From assembly GCF_963921235.1 (NCBI RefSeq), contig NC_086106.1, forward strand, positions 33,976,001-34,040,000: a stretch of 64,000 nt of DNA. Reading direction: 5' to 3'. A model generated the notes under the pieces. The model saw nothing but the letters and a program-made list of their open reading frames with translations. It searched no databases and was not told the origin of the DNA. Position numbers and translations under genes: made by a program. How positions within the stretch are numbered: the stretch's first letter is position 1; each line of letters starts with the position of its first letter. Positions 13,425-23,930 of this stretch are shown piece by piece. This DNA is from Mobula hypostoma. Lineage: Eukaryota.

Positions 13425-16400
13425 TGTCATGGTCCGGTCCATGAAGTCTATATTCCGGTTCACGGTCCGGTCGATCGAACCTTGCTCCAGGTTTTCCGAT
13501 CTACCATGTTTCAGTTCTTGTTGAGCTAATTGAGGCAGCTGATGCTCGTTGCGGCTGGCTGCATAAATACCTTCAGAGACCAGGGCGTGTTTGCTGGATT
13601 GTTTTTATCCTTACTCCTTGTATCCCTTCCCTTGCCTTCTGTTTCCTCGCCTGAAGCCTTGCCTTGTCTTGCCGGTAACTTGAGCCTCGCCTGAAGTCCA
13701 GTCTCGCCTTGCTTTGCCTGAAGCCCTGCCGTTTCTTGCTGGTAACTCTCACCTCACCTGAGATTCTCGTCTCGCCTTGCTTTGCCAGTAGCCTTGCCCT
13801 GTCTTGCTGCTTGGTCCTGGAGCCACCCCGTACCTAGCTCCTTTCCTGCCCCTTGCCTCCACCCAGGTAAGGCAGGCAGTCTTGCCATTATCTGGGTTGG
13901 TTCTGTCCCTTCCTGTCCCTTGCCTCCAGCCAGGTAAGCCAGGACGTCCTGCGGTTACCTGGGGTTGCTTCTGTCCCTTCCTGTCCCTTGCCTCCGCCGA
14001 GGTAAGCCAGGCCGTCTTTCCTTTACCTGGGGATGGTTCTGTTCCTTCCTGTCCCTTGCCTCTGTCGGGTGGTGATCCGCGCCCTGCCCAGGAGTACCGC
14101 GCTCTGCCCAAGAGTACCGCACCCTGCCCAGGTGATCCGCGCCCTGCCCAGGAGTAGCCTGCCCAGCCTCACCTCAAGTCTCAAGCCTCCAGCCTCGCCT
14201 CGCCTCAAGTCTCCAGCCTCGAGCATCGCCTCGCCTCAAGTCTCAAGCCTCCAGCCTCCAGCCTCGCCTCGCCTCAAGTCTGCAGCCTTCAGCCTGCAGC
14301 CTCGCCTCGCCTCGCTTCAAGTTTCCAGACTGCAGCCTCGCCTCGCCTCAAGTCTCCAGCCTGCAGCCTCGGCTCGCCTCAAGTCTCCAGCCTCCAGCCT
14401 CGCCTCGCCTCAAGTCTCCAGCCTCCAGCCTCACCTCGCCTCAAGTCTCAGGCCTCTAGCCTCCAGCCTCGCCTCTAGTCTCAAGTCTCCAGCCTTCTGC
14501 CAGCCTTGCCTCGTCTCTTGCCTAGCCTCGAGCCTGTAGACTCCAGCCTCTAGCCTCTAGCCTATTGCCAAGGCAAGCCAAGTCTCTAGCCTCTAGCCTC
14601 TTGCCAAGCCAAGCCAAGTCTCTAGCCTCAAGCTTCTAGCCTGAAGACTAGAGCTTCGTCCTGCCTGCTTGCCAAGCCTCGTCCTTGCCTAGTTCTGGGG
14701 TCCGAGCCAGAGGCAAGACCCAGGTACTGGGTCCTTATCTAGTCTCTGGCTCGGAGTCCAAGCCCGGGCTCCTAGCTCTGTTGTTCAGTCCTGTTCCAGG
14801 TTCCAAGTTTTCCTGTCCATGTCCTGGCCATCGTCCTGTGTCCTAGTCCTGTCCCTAGTATTTCAGTGTCTGTGTCTTGCACTTGGGTCCGTTCCCAGCC
14901 ACCTCCCGTATGACAGAACAATTCAGCCAACCATGGACCCAGCGACACAGACACTGTCGTTTTCCTCTGGCCACCAGGGGTTCCTTTCTGTCAATTATCC
15001 TCCCAGCCGGCCGGGTCGTCCATAGTCTGGATACTCTGTTTGGACGCCAAGAGGCTCCCGTAGAGGGGGAGTGATGCTGTCACGTTCTGGTCCATGAAGT
15101 CCGTATTCCGGTTCACAGTCCGGTCCATCAACATTGGCTCCGGGTTTTCCTATCTACCCTGTTTCTCTCCTTGTTTAGCTCTAATTGAGGCAGCTGATGC
15201 TCGCTGGGGCTGGCGACATGAATACCTCCAGAGACCAGGGTGTGGTTCCTGGATTGTTCTTGTCCTTACTCCTTGTATCCCTTCCCCTGCCCTCTGTTTC
15301 CTCGCCTGAAGCCTTGCCTTGTCTTGCCGGTAACACGAGCCTCGCCCGAATTTCTGTCTCGCCTTGTTTTGCCTGAAGCCCTGCCTTGTCTTCCCGGTAA
15401 CTCTCCCCTCACCTGAAGTTGTCATCTTGCCTTGCTTTGCCAGTAGCCTTGCCTTGTCTTGCTGTCTGGTCCTGGAGCCACCCTGTTCCAAGCTCCTTTC
15501 CTGTCCCTTGCCTCCGCCCAGGTAAGCCAGGCCGTCTTGCGTTACCTGGGCTTGGTTCTGTCCCTTCCTGTCCCTTGCCTCTGTCGGGTGGTGATCCTCG
15601 CCCTGCCCAGGAGTACCGCGCCCTGCCCAGGTGATCCGCTCCCTGCCCAGGAGGAACCTGCCAACCCTCGCCTCAGGTCTCCAGCTTCCAGCCTCGCATC
15701 GCCTCAAGTCTCCAGCCTCGAGCCTCACCTCGCCTCAAGTTTCCAGCCTCCAGCCTCGCCTCGCCTCAAGTCTCCAGCATCCAGCCACACTTCACCTCAA
15801 GTCTCCAGCATCCAGCCACGCTTCACCTCAAGTCTCCAGCCTCCAGCCTCGGCTCGCCTCGTCTCCAGCCTCCAGCCTCAACTCACCTCAAGAGTCCAGC
15901 CTCCAGCCTCGCCTCGCCTTAAGTTTCCAGCCTCGAGCCTCGCCTTGCCTCGTCTCAAGCCTCCAGTCTCAAGCCTCGCCTCTAGTCCCAAATCTCCAGC
16001 CTCCTGCCAATCCTCGCCTCGTCTCTCGCCTAGCCTCGAGCCTGTAGACTCCAGCCTCTAACCTCTAGCCTCTTACCAAGCCAAGCTATGTCTCTAGCCA
16101 CTAGCCTCTGGCCCAGCCAAGCCAAGTCTCCAGTCTCTAGGCTCTTGCCAAGCCAAGCCAAGTCTCTGGCCTCTAGCTTCTCGCCTGAAGACTCCAGCCT
16201 CGTCCTGCCTGCCTGCCAAGCCTCGTCCTTGCCTAGTTCTGGGGTCCGAGCCAGATGCAAGACCCAGGTACTAGGTACTTGTCCAGTCTCTGGCTCGGAG
16301 TCCAAGACCGGGCTCCTAGCTCTCTTGTTCAGTCCTATTCCATGTTCTTGGTTTTCCTGTCCATGTCCTGCCTATCGCCTTGTGTCCTAGTCCTGTCCCT

Positions 16401-19400
16401 AGTACTTGAGTGTCTGTGTCTTGCACTTGGGTCCATTCCCAGCCGTGCCCTTATGACAGAAATACCCAGCCAACCATGGACCCAGCGACACAGAAATTGT
16501 CGTTTTCCTCTGGCCACCCGGGGTTCCTTTCTGTCAATTACCCTCCCACCCACCCGGGTCGTCCACAGTCTGGATACTCTGGTCGCCAGGACGATCCCGT
16601 AGAGGGGGTGGGGTACTGTCAGGGTCCGGTCCATGAAGTCCTTATTCTGGTTCACGGTCCGGTCCATCAACATTTGCTCCAGGTTTTCCTATCTACCCTG
16701 TTTCTGTCCTTGTTGAAATAATTGAGGCAGCTGATGCTCGTCGGGGCTGGCTGCATAAATACCTCCAGAGACCAGGGCGTGGTTGCTGGATTGTTCCTGT
16801 CCTTACTCCTTGTATCCCTTTCCCCTGCCTTCTGTTGCCTCGCCTGTAGCCTTGCCTTGTCTTGCCGGTAACTCGAGCCTCACCTGAAGTTTTGTCTCGC
16901 CTTGCTTGGCCAGAAGCCCTGCCTTGTCTTGCCGGTAACTCTCGCCTCACCTGAAGTTCTCGTCTTGCCTTGATTTGCCAGTAGCCTTGACTTGTCTTCC
17001 TGTCTGGTCCTGAAGCCACCCTGTACCTAGTTCCTTTCCTGTCCCTTGCCTCTGCCCAGGTAAGCCAGGCCGTCTTGCCTTTACCTGGGGTGGTTCTGTC
17101 CCTTCCTGTCCCTTGCCTCCGCCTTGGTAAGCTAGGCCGTCTTGCCGTTATTTGGGGTTGGTTCTGTCCCTTCCTGTCCCTTGCCTACGCCGAGGTAGGC
17201 CAGGCCGTCTTGCCGTTACCTGGGGTTGGTTCTGTCCTTTCCTGTCCGTTGCCTCTGTCGGGTGGTGATCCGCGCTGTACCCAGGAGTACCGCGCTCTGC
17301 CCAGGAGTACCGCACTCTGCCCAGGTGATCCGTGCCCTGACCAGGAGGAGCCTGCCAAGCCTCGCCACGCCTCAACTCTCCAGCCTCCAGCCTCCAGCCT
17401 CGCCTCAAGTCTCCAGCCTCCAGCCTCGCCTGGCCTCGAGTCTCCAGCCTCCAGCCTGGCCTGGCCTCAAGTCTCCAACCTCCAGCCTCGACTGGCCCCA
17501 CGACTCCAGCCTCCAGCTTCGCCTGGCCTCACCTCTCCAGCCTCCAGCCTCGCCTCGCCTCATGTCTCCAGCCTCCAGCCTCTCCTCGCCTCATGTCTCC
17601 AGCCTCCAGCCTCGCCTCGCCTCGCCTCGTCTCCAGCCTCCAGCCTTGCCTCGCTTCAAGTCTCCAGCCTCCAGCCTCGCCAGGCCTCAAGTCTCCAGCC
17701 TCCAGCTCGCCTCGCCTCAAGTCTCCAGCCTCCAGCCTCGCCTCGCCTCGCCTCAAGTCTCCAGCCTCCAGCCTCGCCTCGCCTCAAGTCTCCAGCCTCC
17801 AGCCTCGCCTCGCTTCAAGTCTCCAGCCTCCAGCCTCGCCTCGCTTCAAGTCTCCAGCCTCCAGCCTCGCCTCACGTCTCCAGCCTTCAGCCTCGAGCCT
17901 CGCCTCAAGTCTCCAGTCTCCAGCCTCGAGCCTCGCCTCAAGTCTCCAGCCTCCAGCCTCGCCTCGCATCAAGTCTCCAGCCTCGCCTCGCCTCGTCCCA
18001 AGCCTCCAGCCTCACCTCCAGTCTCAAGTCTCCAGCCTGCTGCCAAGCCTTGCCTCGTCTCTTGCCTTGCCTCGAGCCTGTAGACTCCAGCCTCTAGCCT
18101 CTAGCCTCTTGCCAAGTCAAGCCCAGTCTCTAGCCTGGAGCGTCTTGCCAAGCCAAGTCTCTAGCCTCTAGCCCCTTACCAAACCAAGCCAACTCTCTGG
18201 CCTCTAGCTTCCAGCCTGCAGACTCCAGCCTCGTCCTACCTGCCTGCCAAGTCTCGTCCTTGTCTAGTTCTGGGGTCCGAGCCAGATGCAAGACCCAGGT
18301 ACTGGGTACTTGTCCAGTCTCTGGCTCGGAGTCCGAGACCGGACTCCTAGCTCTCTTGTTCAGTCCTATTCCACGTTCCTGGTTTTCCTGTCCATGTCCT
18401 AGCCATCGCCTTCTGTCCTAGTCCTGTCCCTAGTACTTGAGTGTCTGTGTCTTGCACTTGGGTCCGTTCCCAGCCGTGCCCTTATGACAGAAAATCCAGC
18501 CAACCATGGATCCAGCGACACGGAAATTGTCGTTTTCCTCTGGCCACCCGGGGTTCCTTTCTGTCAATTACCCTCCCACCCACCCGGGTCGTCCACAGTC
18601 TGGATACTCTGGTCGCCAGGAGGCTCCCGTAGACGGGGTGCGGTACTGTCATGGTCTGGTCCATGAAGTCCTTATTCCGGTTCACGGTCCGGTCCATCAA
18701 CATTTGCTCGAGGTTTTCCTATCTACCCTGTTTCTGTCCTTGTTGAGCTAATTGAGGCAGCTGATGCTCGTTGGGGCTGGCTGCATAAATACCCCCAGAG
18801 ACCACAGTGTGGTTCTGGATTGTTCTTGTCCTTACTCCTTGTATCCCTTCCCCTGCCTTCTGATTCCTCGCCTGAAGCCTTGCCTTGTCTTGCCGGTAAC
18901 TCTCGCCTCACCTGAAGTTGTTGTCTTGCCTTGCTTTGCCAGTAGCCTTGACTTGTCTTGCTGTCTGGTCCTGGAGCCACCCGGTACCTAGCTCCTTTCC
19001 TGTCCCTTGCCTCCGCCCAGGTAAGCCAGGCCGTCTTGCGTTACCTGGGCTTGGTTCTGTCCCTTCCTGTCCCTTGCCTCTGTCGGGTGGTGATCCTCGC
19101 CCTGCCCAGGAGTACCGCGCCCTGCCCAGGTGATCCGCTCCCAGCCCAGGAGGAGCCTGCCAAGCCTCGCCTCAAGCCTCCAGCCTCGCCTCAAGTCTCC
19201 AGCCTCCAGCCTCGCCTCGCCTCAAGTCTTCAGCCTCCAGCCTCGCCTCGCCTCAAGTCACCTGCCTCCAGCCTCGCCTCGCCTCAAGTCTGCGGCCTCC
19301 AGCCTCACCTCGCCTCAAGTCTCCGGCTTCTAGCCTCGTCTCACCTCAAGGCTCCAGCCTCCAGCCTCGCCTCGCCTCAAGGCTCCAGCTTCCAGCCTCG

Positions 19401-20030
19401 CCTCGCCTCAAGACTCCTTCCTCCAGCGTCGCCTCGCCTCAAGAGTCCAGCCTCCAGCCTCACCTCGCCTCAAGTCTCCAGCTTCGCCTCGCCTCAGGTC
19501 TCCAGCCTCCAGCCTGGTCTCACCTCAAGTCTCAGACCTCCAGCCTCTAGCCTCGCCTCTAGTCTCAAGTTTCTAGCCTCCTGCCAATCCTCACCTCGTC
19601 TCTTGCCTAGCCTTGAGACTGTAGACTCCAGCCTCTAGCCTCTAGCCTATTGCCAAGCCAAGCCAAGTCTCTAGCCTCTACTCTCTTGCCAAGCCAATCC
19701 AAGTCTCAAGCCTCGAGCCTCTTGTCAAGCCAAGTCTCTAGCCTCTAGCTTCTAGCCTGAAGACTCCAGCCTCGTTATGCCTGTCTGTGAAGCCTCGTCC
19801 TTGCCTAGTTCTGGGGTCCGAGCCAGAGGCAAGACCCAGGTATTGGTTCCTTGTCCAGTCTCTGGCTCGGAGTCCAAGTCCGGGCTCCTAGCTCTCTTGT
19901 TTAGTCCTGTTCCAGATTCCTGGTTTTCCTGTCCATGTCCTGGCCATCGCCCTGTGTCCTAGTCCTGTCCCTAGTACTTCAGTGTCTGTGTCTTGCACTT
20001 GGGTTTGTTCCCAGCCGTGCCGTTACGACA
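13425..20030 (+). mobile_element. Tandem array of a non-autonomous Gypsy-type LTR element: LTR1 13425-14915, int 14916-15077, LTR2 15078-16458, int 16459-16616, LTR3 16617-18489, int 18490-18646, LTR4 18647-20030
   Basis: Four repeats with TGTCA...(T/C)GACA ends. Three 157-162 bp spacers each start with a PBS-position motif and ccaaccATGGA(C/T)CCAGCG (MDPAT...) and end with a purine-rich tract (agaggggg...). Outer flanks cacgg/cacag form a 5-bp TSD with one mismatch. Confidence 0.85.
14150..14660 (+). repeat. Low-complexity tandem repeat (ctccagc/ctcgc/ctcaagt units) inside each LTR; also ~15660-16200, ~17350-18230, ~19150-19770
   Basis: Visible iterated 5-7-mers that differ in copy number between LTR copies and generate the Ser/Pro/Ala/Leu-rich ORFs in the track. 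Confidence 0.9.
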
Positions 20031-20291
20031 CACAGATCTACAGAAGTTTGTCAAATTTTTAGATGACCTGGCGAATCTTCTCAAACCGCTAAAAGCAAAT
20101 GGAGATACCTCAGATTGCCGAAGTAAGAATTTAAAATTACCGGTGAACATCACAGCCAGTTGATCATCATAGGTTTTTAACACTGAGCCAGGTAACCCAT
20201 CTGTGGTCTGTGTGAGTTCGTGAAGGATCAACCATGTTTTGATGGTCAAGTGAACATATAATACACTGAGCCCATCCGGGTACTCTGATTT

Positions 20292-20814
20292 TGTCAGTAC
20301 CTCCAGTTAAACTTTGTCTTATTGTGCGTTTTCCCCCTAGTCGCCAGTCTGCGGTTTTGTATTGCCATGTCCTCTTGTTTGTTTTCATGCCCCATGTGTT
20401 CCTGTCCCAGCTCCTGCTCTACTCTGGCCCCTGTATTACTGAGTACTGCGCCTCTCACCTGTTTCTCTTTATTATCTATTTTGCTGCCACTTCTGTCGCG
20501 TTGTGCTCCATCTATCATCTGCCTCTCTGTGTATTGCTCAGTGTATTTTAGTCCTGTGTTTTCACCTGATTGTTGCCAGACTGTGGCAGTGAATTTTCCT
20601 GAGCCTTTCCAGCATTCGTATCTGAACTCTGTCCGTCTGAATATCGACTCTGCCTGTTTCCCCGATTCTGGTTTTTGGATTTCTTTGGATTTTTAGATCT
20701 CTGCCTGAACTTTGACGTCGACTTTGTTTAATCCTCAGGATTTGTTACTCAATTAAACCTACTGTGTGCACAGTGCAGGGTCTGCGATTGAATCACTGCT
20801 CCAGCGTCCCGACA
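20292..20814 (+). mobile_element. Probable solo LTR of a different Gypsy family
   Basis: TGTCA...GACA termini, pyrimidine-rich body, 'caattaaacc' polyA-like signal near the 3' end; no matching TSD found. Confidence 0.45.
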
Positions 20815-21126
20815 ACGTTGTTATCATCCATATCGCGTGTTTTCTCTTTGTAAGGGGAAATGACATTAAATCCTTGCCACAGTGGTCGAGCATCCTTCCG
20901 TGGTTCAAGTTTGGTCCGAAATTGCCACGTTTTGCCGTGAAATGGCTTTCCGGAGATTGTAGGGGAACCTCTTGTATCTTACTTGGTCGCTAGACCTGAA
21001 TGCCACTGATCTGGCCCTCAGCAGATTGCGGATCTCGTGGTTTATACAGGGCTTCTGATTGGGCATAGTTGTCTTCATAAAAGCTTGAATGAAGTCTCCG
21101 ACTAAGATTTGTTTGCTTATAGTGGT

Positions 21127-21153
21127 TTTGTGTGTGTGTGTGTGTGTGTGTGT
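21127..21153. repeat. (TG)n microsatellite
   Basis: Direct reading. Confidence 0.95.
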
Positions 21154-22128
21154 GGCGGGGGAGGGATATGGTTGTGGTGGGAACGGGGCTGTTGGCATTG
21201 GTTAATGGTTAAATTGTCTCTCTATTGGAGGCATATAAAAGTAAAAACACACTTTTAAGATAAAGGAAGTGAAAGGGTGAAATGATTTCGAGGGATCCAG
21301 ATGGATTTTATCTCTAAGGGAATGTCGATTGCCTAGAATTCAGCGTCCAAAGGGAGCGGTGAAACAGAGTCGTTGACAGCATTTAAAATGTATCTGGAGG
21401 AGCACAGGAACGATATCTGGGGCTTTGAGCCGAGTGCTGGAAGGTGGGATTAATACGGACATGTACTCATTGGTTAGCATGGACCTATAACATTGCTTCC
21501 ACATTGTCACCAAGCACGACCTTGAAAGAAAGAAGCATGGGTTTGTGCCTGATGGCGGCACTGTTGGAAAATAAACATTACGTTTATGTTCCTTCATCTG
21601 CCTTCTACAACCGCGAAAATAGCAGTTTCCGCCGCGCATCCCCCTTTAGCTTATCTGACCCAGTCCAGAATACTTACCACATCACTCATCCTATCCTTGA
21701 AACCGAGTCAGACATATTTACAATTCTTGTCTCTCTTCTCAACTTTCTTTCCGATCTTATCCTTCCGATATCTGTGAACTCTGACTGTGTCAATCTCCAA
21801 ACCACGTTCAATTCCCCGATCATCTCACACTGATCATCCCATACTTTGTCATGTTACAATTAGCTTTTAAATGTCGAGGCCATCAAATTCCTTTAGTAAA
21901 AGTTGCGCTTTCTTAACATGGCCGCTATCTTAAAAAAAAATACCCCATTGCTCTAGCTTGTGTAAATATCTCCTAATGAGTTTCAGTATAAATTGATTCC
22001 GTTTCTGCGTAGCACACTGAACGTAGAAAATGGACACAGAACTGAGCAGCCCTTGGCCCAAGTGTTGTGCCGATCTATATAAATGCACTGCATGATCGAT
22101 CCCATAACCCTTCATTTACTTAAGTGGA

Positions 22129-22916
22129 CAGTAGATGCCGCTTAATTAGGACACAGCGCGACCAGTACAGTTTGGCCCAATTGGGTGGCTGCCCCAATTA
22201 GGGGAAGTTTCATGGAAATATTTTAAAACATATAAAAAAGACAAACAACGGTTTAAATGAGTAACAAATTATTCAAATGAAATACATAACAAATTAGAGC
22301 ACTACTACTACTACTACTACTACTACCGTACTATAAAATTTTAGTTCATAGGAATTATAATCGTTGGAATTCATCCACACTGTATGCTGCCCTGTTATTT
22401 TGATTGACTGTGAACATATCAGCGCAGGCATCTCGTGTAGATAATGGACTGCCTTAATACAATGCACTGGAAACATTCAAGATAATTGTCGAAACCTTCA
22501 AATTCCTAGTATTTTCTAATTGTTGAAGTAGTCAAATTGTTTCATTTTCACTTCCGGCCGTCTCCAGGGTTGAATATTTGAAACCGCAGCGAGCAATGCA
22601 TTTCCGAATTGTTTTCCTGCTTACTTCTGAGCAGCTAACAGCGACAAAAAAACACTGCTTCATGGACACAAACGCACACAACAGACGCTAATAAAAACTG
22701 CTCGGTCGGAGCACAATGTTCGCCACACAAGTGTACGCGACTGACCCTAGTTAGAAACTTTGGCAACAATCTTGTGTCTCAGTGAACTTGGGTAGTGTGA
22801 TAAATAAATGAAGGGAATCCCGGCTGATGTTTTCGAACAGCTTTTGTTCCTTCAGAATTGTCCCAAATAAGCTGCTGCCGTGATTAAGCAATGGCCCATT
22901 TAACCATAATCCACCG
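22129..22916. mobile_element. Degraded Tigger/pogo-like MITE; contains an (ACT)n microsatellite at 22301-22326
   Basis: Imperfect terminal inverted repeats cagtagatgccgcttaattagg / cccatttaaccataatccaccg; no transposase ORF. Confidence 0.5.
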
Positions 22917-22929
22917 GATGTGCCAATCT

Positions 22930-23930
22930 GAGAGTCTCTAAATGTTCCTCCTGACCACCATCACAGGCAGAGCTTTCCAGGCACCCATCACTCTCAAAGC
23001 AAACATAAAAACAATCTCTGGCATCTCCCCGAATCTTTACTCAGCTCCTCTAGCACTGGCCATTGCCTCACTGAGAAATGGGCTCTCTATGCTTCTCGTA
23101 ACCGGAAACGCCTCTCATCCACCTTCGCTCCAAAGAGGAAAGCCCTATATCGCACATGCATGCTCTCCAATCCAGGCTGGATTCTGTTAAATTTCCTCTG
23201 CACCCTCTCTAAAGCTTCCACATCCTTCCTGTACTGAAGTAAGCAGAACTAAACTTGCTTTATTATAGAAAATACGTGGAAGCTTTAAATGTGGTGTAAC
23301 CAGAGTTTTATAGAGATCCAACACAGCTGTGATTACCTCACAGCTCCTGAAAAAAATCCTCAGTCCACCATCCATCTGCCATTTTTCCACCCAGCTCTGT
23401 ATTCTGCCTGTATCTCGTTGCTGCCTACGACAACCTTTTGCACTAATCACAACACCGCCAGTCTTTGTGTCATCTGCAAACTTACTAACGCACCCTGCCA
23501 CCTCCTCACCCGTCTCCTTTGCAAACAAACTAACTCACCGTTCCTCTTCCACACCCATCTCCTTTGCAAATGTATTAACTCACCCTTCCACTTCTTCATC
23601 TATATTTAAAAAGAACACAAGAAGTAGGTGTCACAGAACAATCCCTGCGGAAAACCACTCGTCACCAACCTCCAGGAAGAATACCCTCTATGCTCCACCT
23701 CGCTCTGACTTCTATGCTCCACCTCGCTCTGACTTCTACCGGAAAACCAAATCTATTCCGTGCAGCTAAGCTTCCATGGCTCCCACATCTCACGTCTGTC
23801 TGGAAAAAGCCTGCCTTGAGGAATCTTGTCAAATACATTTCTAAAATCCATATACAACACTTGCACTTCTCTACCTTCACCATTTTTGTCATAACCTTCA
23901 AACATGCTCATGAGGCGTGATTTCCCCCTT
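22930..23930 (-). mobile_element. Degraded CR1 LINE fragment
   Basis: ORF 23187-23528 contains SKFADDTK...LYKTLVTPHL. Confidence 0.75.

Noticed and set aside
13749-19638. Long Ser/Pro/Ala/Leu-rich ORFs (up to 340 aa) resembling mucin or structural proteins
   Set aside because: They arise in several overlapping frames from stop-free low-complexity repeats inside the LTRs; no consistent frame across copies.
23686-23737. 24-bp direct duplication ctatgctccacctcgctctgactt
   Set aside because: Simple slippage duplication within a decayed CR1; not a CRISPR or regulatory repeat.
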